63,972 nucleotides of DNA, filler included, from Candidatus Hydrogenedentota bacterium (GCA_040752395.1; 4 parts of 4 records of this genome joined end to end with filler, not necessarily neighbours in it), one strand, 5' to 3'. Shown: positions 10,575-19,138, numbered from the whole stretch's first letter. The notes: generated by a model not told the origin, from the letters alone. Made by a program: numbers and translations.

Positions 10575-11486
10575 TTATTTTAGCTTGCTTCCGTCGAATA
10601 GGTCATCGGTAAGCCCGGTATTAATTGTTACTTTCTTAACCTCGGTAACCTCTCCACCTCCACTAATCATCTTTTCCATCATTTCCATCTGCGGTTTCAT
10701 CATTTTCTCTGCCATCTTACGCTGCTCTTGAGGCATTTCTTCCAGCTGTTTCTTCATTTTTGCATATCCTTCGCGCATTTCTTGTTCCTCTTCTGGAGAT
10801 AGCTTTGGAATTCCTTCCCCCATAGTCATCACTATACGATAGGGAAGGAGTAGACCATTGACTTTACGAAAGTCCTTCATTTCGGTAATAATTTTTACAA
10901 TTTCCTTCTTGCCCGCTTCATCCACACCTTCCATATCTGTTTCCATTTTTCTAATAACCCAATCTTTAGCATCAACCCAAATCTTACCACTGACTTTAGC
11001 TTTTTCTTTCTTTATCTCTTTCTTTTCCTGTTTAGTAACGCCCATCAGCTTAGTCATATCTTTGATGTTCAGAATATAGGTTTTATAGCCATCAACCTTT
11101 TCAGTTCCTCCATACTGGGTCTCAGCAGTCTTCAAATTTTCCATCATATCAAATGGATTATAATCAATTGGTGCCTTTGTCACTTCTCCAGATACAGGGT
11201 CTTTCTGCCATAGGTATTTACCATCATAGATAGAGACAAACTTTTTGCCCAGCATCTCCATTTCATGACGAGTTTTGCACACTGTTTTTTCATTGATAGT
11301 TGTCCATTTCTGATAGGTTACCCACTTATCAGTAACTGTAGTAATATCCTTCACCCCTTTTATCTGCTTCTGATAGTTATCCACAAAACTTTGTATAACT
11401 TTCTCGGCTGTCATTTCCGCTACTATTGAAAAAGCAGGAACAATGAGAGAAACAACCATCACCCAATAAAATAATTTGCTTTTCAC
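10575..11486 (-). CDS. Secreted LolA-like / outer-membrane lipoprotein-sorting fold protein, cassette gene
   Basis: Signal peptide; YDGKYLW, GTEKVDGYKTY, KIWVDAKDW, DFRKVNGLLLP, INTGLTDDLF. Confidence 0.65.
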   Translation of the reverse strand: MKSKLFYWVMVVSLIVPAFSIVAEMTAEKVIQSFVDNYQKQIKGVKDITTVTDKWVTYQKWTTINEKTVCKTRHEMEMLGKKFVSIYDGKYLWQKDPVSGEVTKAPIDYNPFDMMENLKTAETQYGGTEKVDGYKTYILNIKDMTKLMGVTKQEKKEIKKEKAKVSGKIWVDAKDWVIRKMETDMEGVDEAGKKEIVKIITEMKDFRKVNGLLLPYRIVMTMGEGIPKLSPEEEQEMREGYAKMKKQLEEMPQEQRKMAEKMMKPQMEMMEKMISGGGEVTEVKKVTINTGLTDDLFDGSKLK

Positions 11487-11586
11487 TGTTTTTACCTCCT
11501 TTTTTGAGAGTCATTTCTTCATAAAGAATTCATCCTTCTTTATTTCTAATTTCTTGTCATTGTCATCACCTCCTTATTTTAATTTT

Positions 11587-11664
11587 GCCTATCGAACAGG
11601 CACGGCCGTCCGCCGAAGGTGGACAAGCCGAACAAATGTGAGGCTCGGCTGTGGCAAGTTAAAG
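11587..11664 (-). other. attC site 5 (core GAT instead of GTT)
   Basis: Minus strand CTTTAAC...GATAGGC, 78 bp; branched GC-rich palindrome. Confidence 0.8.
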
Positions 11665-11689
11665 GACGTATAAAAAAATTTCCTTATTT

Positions 11690-11938
11690 TTATACTGCTT
11701 TTTCTAAAATTTGTTGGTTTTGTACGATTATTTTGGGATTAGGATTTTTAGGAGGAATCGTTAAGTTTCTTTTTTTCAATAATTCAACATGTTCAATCAT
11801 TCCCCACTTTGCCTTATATAAGCAGTCCTCGATGGAATGACCAATACCTGAAAATCCTTCTAAATCTGGAGAATAAAATCCAAAATAATCTGGCTCGTTT
11901 GTTGCTTCTATAACTAGTGAATAATTTAAATCTATCAT
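11690..11938 (-). CDS. hicB: HicB family antitoxin (short form)
   Basis: YSLVIE..YFGFYSPDLEGFSGIGHSIEDC; ATG 11938 overlaps the hicA TGA. Confidence 0.85.
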   Translation of the reverse strand: MIDLNYSLVIEATNEPDYFGFYSPDLEGFSGIGHSIEDCLYKAKWGMIEHVELLKKRNLTIPPKNPNPKIIVQNQQILEKAV

Positions 11939-12133
11939 CTTTTTACTCCTTTTAATCCAGCTGCTTTTAATATTGAATAACAAGTCCCAGTTGGCACTTC
12001 TTTTGATCCATGAAAATCTAATCGGATTAATCCATTGAAACTTGTCTTACCATAATATCGGATTGAACCTTTTTCTTTAACTATTTTAAATTCCGTTCTT
12101 TTCAAGTAATCTAACTAATTCACTGAATTTCAT
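11935..12133 (-). pseudogene. hicA: HicA family toxin, frameshifted
   Basis: MKFSELVRLLEKNG, one extra A, then FKIVKEKGS...FHGSKEVPTGTCYSILKAAGL. Confidence 0.85.
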
Positions 12134-12191
12134 TTTTTATATAATAATTTTACATCATTTTTATAATAAAATCTATTATTTTTTATATGTC

Positions 12192-12258
12192 CTTTAACGA
12201 ACAAGCACTCCTGTTTTAACACCGAGCGAATGCGAGGTGCGGGAGTGCCCAGTCATAC
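12192..12258 (-). other. attC site 6
   Basis: Minus strand GTATGAC (AAC>GAC)...GTTAAAG, 67 bp; GCACTCC/GGAGTGC stem. Confidence 0.8.
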
Positions 12259-12273
12259 GAAAAGGCGACAATT

Positions 12274-12679
12274 CTATTTTTTAATCCAATTCTCAATTTT
12301 AAGTTTTTTAATTCTTCTAAATTCTTTTTCGTTATTTGTTACCAAAATGAGATTTTCTGATAAAGCATGAGCTACAATAAGTAAACCCATAGCTCCTATA
12401 ATCTTACCCTTTTTTTTCTAGATCAGCACGTATGATACCATATTGTTGTGCCACTTTATCATCATAATTTAATATTTTTATGGGAGCAAGGAACTCGGCA
12501 AGAGCAATTTTGTTTTTTTCTGGAAAACTGCTTTTCTGAACGCCATATTCTAACTCACTTAAAGTGATAGAAGATATTGCTACATCATTTACATTTTGAT
12601 TTATAAGATAATTTAAAACTTCAGGAGGCTGTTTTTTTATTATATATATGCATGTATTTGTATCTAATAAATATTTCAT
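12274..12679 (-). pseudogene. vapC: VapC PIN-domain toxin, frameshifted
   Basis: YLLDTNTCI..ITLSELEYG; A8 tract at 12410-12417 shifts the frame; continuation GKIIGAMGLLIVAHA..LVTNNEKEF..ENW. Confidence 0.88.
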
Positions 12680-12907
12680 TTATATTTCTTCCCTTAATTG
12701 CAATTTTAAATTATTTCTATTTATCATAAAGTCATCTGTAAATTTATTCAGACTATTAATCAATGATTTCCATGGATTATTTTTAGGGATCAAAATTACG
12801 ATATCTTCAAATTTTTTTATATAAACATCACTACCTTCAAACCTAAATTCTTTAGGCAATCTTATTGCTTGACTGCGTCCATTTCTAAATATTTTAGCTG
12901 TTTGCAT
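12680..12907 (-). CDS. vapB: VapB antitoxin (AbrB/MazE type)
   Basis: MQTAKIFRNGRSQAIRLPKEFRF; GGAGG RBS. Confidence 0.92.
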   Translation of the reverse strand: MQTAKIFRNGRSQAIRLPKEFRFEGSDVYIKKFEDIVILIPKNNPWKSLINSLNKFTDDFMINRNNLKLQLREEI

Positions 12908-12926
12908 AAAAATTACCTCCATAAAA

Positions 12927-12965
12927 GATATATATCATGATATATATTAAATGTTGATTCGTCAA
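12927..12965 (-). promoter_or_regulatory. vapBC promoter/operator
   Basis: TTGACG-N17-TATCAT overlapped by the palindrome ATATATATCATGATATATAT. Confidence 0.65.
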
Positions 12966-12987
12966 GTCTTTTTTTGTCGCCTTTTTC

Positions 12988-13062
12988 GTATAACGTCTTG
13001 CGGATAAAAGAAGTTGCCACAGGCAATTTGGGGAAATCTTTGATTTCCCTTTTATAGTATAA
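12988..13062 (-). other. Partial attC (or attI-like) site at the head of the array
   Basis: Core GTTATAC and ATAAAAG/CTTTTAT stem as in attC4, but no recognisable inverse core. Confidence 0.55.
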
Positions 13063-13193
13063 ATTTTTTTAGACTGCAATATTTTTAAAATTGTCCAGCG
13101 GCCGTAAAGCTCGTCAGTGCAGGACCGCCTCACCATTGGCAAAGGCCGGACACCACCATTGCTGAGCGTGCGCCGTTTGTATATACTTAAGTT

Positions 13194-13369
13194 TAGTACC
13201 TTACAAATAAAATCTTGACATTTTCAGCAAAAATATTTTACCACTGAAACACAGAATATTTTTCTGTATTTCAATAAAATTCAATCCGATAATGCTGGAA
13301 TGATCCCGTGTCTGGTGTTTTTCCGATTATTCCGTGGTAAAATTTCTTTTCCGATTTATTCGGGTCAGG
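13194..13369 (+). repeat. 176-bp repeat, left copy (inverted relative to 15022-15197)
   Basis: Reverse-complement match to 15022-15197 with about 5 mismatches; partial third copy at 22911-22959. Confidence 0.95.
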
Positions 13370-13416
13370 AGTTCGTAATAATAGATACGAGCTCCGAACT
13401 TTTTCGAAGGAGTCGT

Positions 13417-13507
13417 CATGAGCGCGGTTTTCGCTCTACACTATTGGGTTCTTGGGTTATTGGGTTATTGCGTTTTTGCGCTCTACACAAAGGATGAAAA
13501 ACCAGAT
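13417..13507 (+). repeat. 91-bp repeat upstream of moeB (direct copy at 14421-14511)
   Basis: CATGAGCGCGG...GGGTTATT units...GCGCTCTACACAAAGGATGAAAAACCAGAT; related copies near 26870, 28945 and 49098-49172. Confidence 0.9.
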
Positions 13508-13534
13508 GTTTGTTTATCTTGCCTCTTGCTTCTA

Positions 13535-13571
13535 CTTGATATTATTATAGTTACAATGTTTTTCGAAGGGG
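13535..13571 (+). repeat. Conserved RBS-supplying repeat module
   Basis: CTTGATATTATTATAGTTACAATGTTTTTCGAAGGGG just upstream of the moeB ATG. Confidence 0.85.
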
Positions 13572-13580
13572 ATGTATTTT

Positions 13581-14399
13581 ATGAGTTTTACCGAGGAACA
13601 GATTGAACGATATTCAAGACATATCATACTTCAGGAAATAGGTGAGGAAGGTCAAAAGAAGATATTTGATTCAAAAATATTAGTTGTAGGGCTTGGTGGA
13701 CTTGGTAACCCGGCTTGTCTCTATCTCGCAGCTGCAGGTATCGGCACCCTCGGAATCCTTGATAGTGACGCTGTAGAACTATCAAATCTTAATCGACAAA
13801 TTTTACATACTACAGAAGATATAGGTAAAGATAAAGTTATATCTACCAAGGAAAAAATTAATAAACTCAATAAAGATGTAAAAGTAATTACGCATAAAAC
13901 AAAGTTTACCGTGGATAATGCTATGGAGATAATCAAAGATTATGATTTTGTAATAGATGGTTCGGATAATTTTTCAACCAAGTTTTTAATCAATGATGCT
14001 TGTGTACTTTTAGACAAACCGTTTTCTCATGCGGGTGTTTTAAGATTTGATGGTCAGAGTATCACAGTGATACCCAATAAAACGCCGTGTTATAGATGTA
14101 TCTTTCCTGATATGCCGCCACGAGACGTTATTCCAACATCTCAGCAAGCAGGCGTTTTAGGTGTTGTACCCGGTGTACTTGGAACGATACAGGCTCTTGA
14201 AGCTTTAAAATTTGTTCTTGGCAAAGGAGATTTACTTACTGGCAGGTTATTTGTTTTTGATGCTCTTAAGTTAACAGTACGAATTATAGAGATAAAGAAG
14301 AATGAAAACTGTAAGATATGTGGCAATGGGCCTGAAATCTTGAGATTAGAAAGCAAAAATTATATAGAGAAAGTTTTATACTGCTCTCCTGAAACGTGA
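13581..14399 (+). CDS. moeB: MoeB/ThiF family E1-like adenylyltransferase
   Basis: RYSRHIIL, VVGLGGLG, SNLNRQILH, DGSDNF, PCYRC and CKIC Zn motifs. Confidence 0.9.
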   Translation: MSFTEEQIERYSRHIILQEIGEEGQKKIFDSKILVVGLGGLGNPACLYLAAAGIGTLGILDSDAVELSNLNRQILHTTEDIGKDKVISTKEKINKLNKDVKVITHKTKFTVDNAMEIIKDYDFVIDGSDNFSTKFLINDACVLLDKPFSHAGVLRFDGQSITVIPNKTPCYRCIFPDMPPRDVIPTSQQAGVLGVVPGVLGTIQALEALKFVLGKGDLLTGRLFVFDALKLTVRIIEIKKNENCKICGNGPEILRLESKNYIEKVLYCSPET

Positions 14400-14420
14400 G
14401 ACACTTTAAAGGGGAGTACT

Positions 14421-14511
14421 CATAAGCGCGGTTTGCGCTCTACGCTATTCGGTTCTTGGGTTATTGGGTTATTGCGTTTTTGCGCTCTACACAAAGTATG
14501 AAAAACCAGAT
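14421..14511 (+). repeat. 91-bp repeat downstream of moeB
   Basis: Near-identical to 13417-13507. Confidence 0.9.
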
Positions 14512-14557
14512 ATTTTTCTTTAGTTTTAACTTTTAACTTTCTATGTGATGTTTTTTT

Positions 14558-14995
14558 ATGCTGAGTATATCTCAAAAACTACTTGATGATATGTTAAATC
14601 ATTGTAAAGGTGATTATCCTTATGAAGCCTGTGGGCTTATCGCAGGAGTAAATTGTAAAGCAATTAAAGTATATCCAATGAAAAACATCTCAGACACAAA
14701 AGAGACCTGTTATAAAATAGACCCACAAGAACAATTAAAAGTATTTAAAGAAATACGAGAACAAAATTACGAGTTATTAGCTATATACCATTCTCATATC
14801 AACACAAAAGCATACCCTTCAATCAAAGATATCTCACTTGCTTTTTATGAAGAAGCTTCTTATATTATTATTTCTCTGAAAAATAGAGAAGTTTTAGATA
14901 TACAATCATTCAAAATTAAAGAGACTAACATTACTAAAGAAGAACTTAATATAATAGAAGGAGGAGCGAACGATTGGTATAAAGATTTATCTTAA
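14558..14995 (+). CDS. JAB/MPN (M67, Mec-like) metallopeptidase
   Basis: YPYEACGLI and IYHSHINTKAYPSIKD (HSH..PS..D). Confidence 0.92.
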   Translation: MLSISQKLLDDMLNHCKGDYPYEACGLIAGVNCKAIKVYPMKNISDTKETCYKIDPQEQLKVFKEIREQNYELLAIYHSHINTKAYPSIKDISLAFYEEASYIIISLKNREVLDIQSFKIKETNITKEELNIIEGGANDWYKDLS

Positions 14996-15026
14996 TGGTT
15001 AGGAAGAACAAGTTGAAAAACCCTAA
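14970..15026 (+). pseudogene. ThiS-like sulfur carrier N-terminal remnant
   Basis: GGAGG, then ACG (mutated start?)-IGIKIYLNG*EEQVEK, cut by the inverted repeat. Confidence 0.5.
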
Positions 15027-15197
15027 CCCGAATAAATCGGAAAAGAAATATTACCACGGAATAATCGGAAAAACACCAGACACGGGATCATTCCAGCATT
15101 ATCGGATTGAATTTTATTGAAATACAGAAAAACATTCTGTGTTTCAATGGTAAAATATTTTTGTTGAAAATGTCAAGATTTTATTTGTAAGGTACTA
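15022..15197 (-). repeat. 176-bp repeat, right copy
   Basis: Inverted copy of 13194-13369; its outer end is the TAG stop of the heptosyltransferase gene. Confidence 0.95.
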
Positions 15198-16187
15198 TTT
15201 CTCTTTTTTATTAATTAACTCCTCAAATTGAGTATAGACGTAATCTGGGGTAATAGATTTCATACATTTGAAATGTTTTCCCGGGCATTTATTTGGTCCG
15301 TGGGGAGAACAGGGTCTGCAGTATAAATCAGTCTCACAGACTATAGAATCAGAATACAATGGATAAAATCCGAATTCTTTAACTGTTGGTCCCATAACAC
15401 AGATACTCGGAACATTAAGACTTGATGCGATATGAACATTTGCAGAATCATTCGCTATAACTACTCTTGCTTTAGAAATTATAAACATTAAATCAGAAAG
15501 ACTTGTTCTACCACACATATTTAATACCCTGTCTTTTATATTAATAATATCCTCTGTCTTCTTACAAATTTCTTCTTCAGATTTTTCACCTGTTATTACA
15601 ACAAAAATACCGTAGTTATTAATAATTTTTCTTCCCAGCTCACCGAACCTCTCAAACGGCCAGCGTTTTGTAGCCCATTTTGCGCCTGGTGAGATAACAA
15701 TAAAATCCTCTGGCAATTTTATATCTTTATCTTTGATAAAATCTGTATTTCTATAAGAAAACTCTCTTATATACTGGTATTTATCACCAAGTAAATCAAA
15801 ATTTCTATCTATTTCATGTATATTATATCTATACTTTATTTTTTTAGTATAAAATAGTTTTCCGCCGCCTTTACAAAATCCTATTCTTTCAGGTATACCG
15901 CCCCAAAAAGCGATTGCACCTGAGCGAAACGATCTGTGCGGCATATATGCGATATCATATTTTATAAGTCTTATTTCTTTTATAAGTTTTATAGTCTCGC
16001 TTATACTTTTCTTATCAAGTTCAAAAATATTATTGATCTCTTTTACCGTCTTGAATAGATCCGATAACCCCTTTTTTATAATAATATCCAATCTCGAATC
16101 AGGAAAATTAAATCTTAATGTATAAATAAAAGGGAGCATAAGAACGAGATCACCTGCAAAAGCTGTTTGGATCACAAGTATCTTCAT
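15195..16187 (-). CDS. waaF: GT9 LPS heptosyltransferase II-like
   Basis: MKILVIQTAFAGD, SPGAKWATKRWP, GRTSLSDL, NDSANVHIA, CRPCSPHG. Confidence 0.75.
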   Translation of the reverse strand: MKILVIQTAFAGDLVLMLPFIYTLRFNFPDSRLDIIIKKGLSDLFKTVKEINNIFELDKKSISETIKLIKEIRLIKYDIAYMPHRSFRSGAIAFWGGIPERIGFCKGGGKLFYTKKIKYRYNIHEIDRNFDLLGDKYQYIREFSYRNTDFIKDKDIKLPEDFIVISPGAKWATKRWPFERFGELGRKIINNYGIFVVITGEKSEEEICKKTEDIINIKDRVLNMCGRTSLSDLMFIISKARVVIANDSANVHIASSLNVPSICVMGPTVKEFGFYPLYSDSIVCETDLYCRPCSPHGPNKCPGKHFKCMKSITPDYVYTQFEELINKKEK

Positions 16188-16210
16188 TAGCAATGCCTTG
16201 GTTATATATT

Positions 16211-16279
16211 AGAAGCAAGAAGCAAGAAGCAAGAAGCAAGATAACGGAAAGAAAGATAACGAAAGAAGCAAGAAGCAAG
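16211..16279 (+). repeat. AGAAGCA heptamer tandem tract with AAGATAACG units
   Basis: Seen directly; same family at 32737, 35155, 47317, 58737, 59694 and 63891. Confidence 0.9.
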
Positions 16280-16379
16280 NNNNNNNNNNNNNNNNNNNNN
16301 NNNNNNNNNNNNNNNNNNNNNNNTTAATTAATTAANNNNNNNNNNNNNNNNNNNNNNNNNNNNNNNNNNNNNNNNNNNN
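16280..16379. other. Scaffold gap with artificial linker
   Basis: N run containing TTAATTAATTAA. Confidence 0.98.
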
Positions 16380-16591
16380 ATATTTATAAAATGCAAGATT
16401 AATTTTTCGATTACTGTATTCCCTCAGTTTTCGGTGGGATTCCGTAATCTTGCTTCTTGTTTCTAAAGTATAAGTTCTACTGCACCAATAACTGAGGCAT
16501 TACCGATTACCGAACTTAAGAACTCCTTCGAAGACTGAATGGATACATTTTATAATTGATTTTTTATTGAAAGAAATATACATTATTAATT

Positions 16592-17947
16592 ATGGTAAAA
16601 ATACTTATTGTTGAAGACGAAAAACGGATTATAGATTCTCTTCTTGATGCTTTCAAGCTCGAGGGTTATTTTGCCAAAGGTTCTAATACCATAAAAGAGG
16701 CTCAGATGAATTTATATAATGAGCCATTTGATATAATTCTTCTTGATCTATGGTTGCCTGATGGTGATGGTATGAAACTTATCGAAGAGCTTAATAAAAA
16801 CGAGATAAGACCAGATATTATTGTTATGACCGGTCATGGCACCATTGAAAAAGCGGTTAATGCCATAAAACTTGGTGCTTTTGATTTTATTGAGAAACCG
16901 TTAAACCTTAACAGAGTTTTAGTATCTATAAAAAATTGTATAAAACTAAGAAAAACGACCTGCGAAAATATTGAAATAAAAAACAGAGGAGATGAAACAG
17001 GAGAGATTATTGGTGAATCGAGGGCTATAAAGGACGTTCTTCAAATAATTGACAAAGTTGCAAAAACCGATGGGAGGGTATTAATCACTGGAGAGAATGG
17101 TACGGGTAAAGAGTTAGTAGCAAGATTGATACATCGAAGGAGTTTAAAAAAGGATCAGCCATTTATTAAAGTTAATTGTGCTGCTATACCAAAAGAATTG
17201 ATTGAGAGCGAGCTCTTCGGTTATGAAAAAGGTGCATTTACCGGAGCCGTTGGTTTAAAATACGGTAAATTTGAACTGGCGCATAAAGGGACAATATTTC
17301 TTGATGAAATAGGTGATATGGATTTATCGCTGCAGGCTAAAATACTGAGAGTTTTACAGGACGGCGAATTTGAAAGAGTTGGTAGTAATAAAACGATAAA
17401 AGTTGATGTGAGGGTTATATCAGCAACAAATAAAGACATAAAAAAGGAAGTCGATGAAAAACGCTTTAGAGAAGACTTGTATTATAGATTGAACGTGATA
17501 CCGATTTATGTACCACCTTTACGTGAGAGGAGAGAAGACATAATTCTTCTTGTGAATTATTTCTTGAATAAATTCTGTATCAAAAACAACAAGAAGTTAA
17601 AAACTATTGAAACCGAAGCCTGTAAATTTCTTATGGCGTTAGAATGGAAAGGGAACGTTAGAGAACTACAGAACATTATTGAAAGGATAGTAATATTATC
17701 TTCAGACGAAATAATACGAAAAAAAGATGTGGAAAATATTATTGGACATAAAGAAATAAATATTCAAGAATATCATGGCGAACAACTTAGAGCCCTTGTA
17801 GCTGAATTTGAAAAAATGGTGATTTTAAAGGCACTGCAATATTCTGATGGAAGCATTCAAAAAACAGCTGAACATTTAGGATTGGAACGCACAGGACTAT
17901 ATAAAAAGATGGAAAGGTTAGGGATAAAGAAATGGAGTGAGCGATAG
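16592..17947 (+). CDS. Sigma54-dependent response regulator (NtrC/NtrX family)
   Basis: REC domain (LLDLWLPD), GENGTGKE, GAFTGA, WKGNVREL, Fis HTH. Confidence 0.93.
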   Translation: MVKILIVEDEKRIIDSLLDAFKLEGYFAKGSNTIKEAQMNLYNEPFDIILLDLWLPDGDGMKLIEELNKNEIRPDIIVMTGHGTIEKAVNAIKLGAFDFIEKPLNLNRVLVSIKNCIKLRKTTCENIEIKNRGDETGEIIGESRAIKDVLQIIDKVAKTDGRVLITGENGTGKELVARLIHRRSLKKDQPFIKVNCAAIPKELIESELFGYEKGAFTGAVGLKYGKFELAHKGTIFLDEIGDMDLSLQAKILRVLQDGEFERVGSNKTIKVDVRVISATNKDIKKEVDEKRFREDLYYRLNVIPIYVPPLRERREDIILLVNYFLNKFCIKNNKKLKTIETEACKFLMALEWKGNVRELQNIIERIVILSSDEIIRKKDVENIIGHKEINIQEYHGEQLRALVAEFEKMVILKALQYSDGSIQKTAEHLGLERTGLYKKMERLGIKKWSER

Positions 17948-18478
17948 ATGGATTTAAGTAAAATTGAGACACTTTTAAGTGAAAAAGAGATTTCGAATAA
18001 GATAAAAGAGTTAGGCGAGATTCTGAATGAGCATTATAAGAATTATAAATCAGTTTATGTAGTTGGTATTTTAAATGGTTGTTTTGTTTTTCTCTCAGAT
18101 ATTATCAGGTATCTCAGGTTCCCGTTACTTTTTGATTTTATGACTGTTAGAAGTTATGGAAAGTATGTGGAATCAAGTGGCGTAGTACAAATAATTAAAG
18201 ATTTAAATGTGTCTTTATATAATAAAAACGTACTTGTAATTGAAGATATAATTGATACACGATTATCGTTGATGACAATAGATACAATGCTAAAGACTCG
18301 GCAACCACGTGAAATTAGATACTGCGTACTTCTTGATAAACCCCAGAGAAAAAAAATCGATATGTTTGTTGACTGGATAGGTTTCAGTATCCCGGACGTA
18401 TTTGTTGTGGGTTATGGGCTTGATTATGCTGAAAAATATAGAAACCTTTCTTTTATCGGTATATTAAAAAATGGATAA
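17948..18478 (+). CDS. hpt: Hypoxanthine phosphoribosyltransferase
   Basis: VLVIEDIIDT PRPP motif, FVVGYGLDYAEKYRNL. Confidence 0.93.
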   Translation: MDLSKIETLLSEKEISNKIKELGEILNEHYKNYKSVYVVGILNGCFVFLSDIIRYLRFPLLFDFMTVRSYGKYVESSGVVQIIKDLNVSLYNKNVLVIEDIIDTRLSLMTIDTMLKTRQPREIRYCVLLDKPQRKKIDMFVDWIGFSIPDVFVVGYGLDYAEKYRNLSFIGILKNG

Positions 18479-19046
18479 TAGTGATTATTGTGAAATTACA
18501 GATTTAAAATTATTAACCAGAGCAGAACTGAGGGAATTCTGTTTACAGATAGTGTATCAGAAATCAGGTGATAAGAGGTTTGAGAGGGTTATTAAATTTT
18601 TGACTGATCTTGCTATATGGCTCCAGAAGAAAGACCTTACTTTTAAACAACTTAAAGCTTTTCAGAAGATAATAGATAATCATAAGCTTGGCTATATCAG
18701 GGTTGGTTATCTTAAAAGGAGCAAGGATGATTTATCCCGCAGTATAGAAAGAACAAAATTTTATCCTACCAGCCCCAAGCACAAAGAAGACTCGACCTAT
18801 AAATATGAGAAGATACGAAGATTATTTCTTGAAGTCTTTGAGATAGCTGATATCACAGGCGTAGAGATCTTACAACAGCTTGAACAATTGAGTAAAGATT
18901 ATTCATACGAAGAAATAGAAGATGCATTCTTAAGATTAAGAAGTTACAGGATGGGGAAAACCATCTCTTCTATAATTAAAATTATTCATAATGCAAGAAG
19001 TTTGCTTGCTTCAAAAACAAATAGAGGTGAGAAGATAACTACATAA
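18471..19046 (+). CDS. Hypothetical protein, possibly with a DnaD/DnaB_2-like C-terminal domain
   Basis: 191 aa overlapping hpt; YSYEEIEDAF..TISSIIKII loosely resembles the DnaD domain. Confidence 0.5.
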   Translation: MDNSDYCEITDLKLLTRAELREFCLQIVYQKSGDKRFERVIKFLTDLAIWLQKKDLTFKQLKAFQKIIDNHKLGYIRVGYLKRSKDDLSRSIERTKFYPTSPKHKEDSTYKYEKIRRLFLEVFEIADITGVEILQQLEQLSKDYSYEEIEDAFLRLRSYRMGKTISSIIKIIHNARSLLASKTNRGEKITT

Positions 19047-19138
19047 TTCGTTATTGCGTTATTGCGTTCTAAATTCCGTCTGCTGACCACAGATTTCTGC
19101 ATTTCGCATTCTGACTTTTTTAAAGGATGTTGTCCTCA

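Larger units (their letters stand above)
7374..13062 (-). mobile_element. Integron cassette array without a nearby integrase (CALIN-like)
   Basis: Regularly spaced palindromic attC-like sites (inverse core ..TAAC, core GTT..) separate single genes or TA pairs, all on the minus strand; no tyrosine recombinase ORF in the window. Confidence 0.88.

Noticed and set aside
13094-13175. GC-rich patch at the head of the cassette array as an intI remnant
   Set aside because: The minus-strand frames I translated show no tyrosine recombinase motif; left unexplained
13581-14995. CBASS/Bil-type ubiquitin-like defence system
   Set aside because: No E2, cyclase or effector; sequences look like ordinary sulfur-carrier MoeB and Mec
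16211-16279. Heptamer tracts or dispersed modules as a CRISPR array
   Set aside because: No constant repeat with unique equal-length spacers; no cas genes
16324-16335. TTAATTAATTAA inside the N runs (also 32681 and 48969)
   Set aside because: Identical six-frame stop linker in all gaps; assembly artefact
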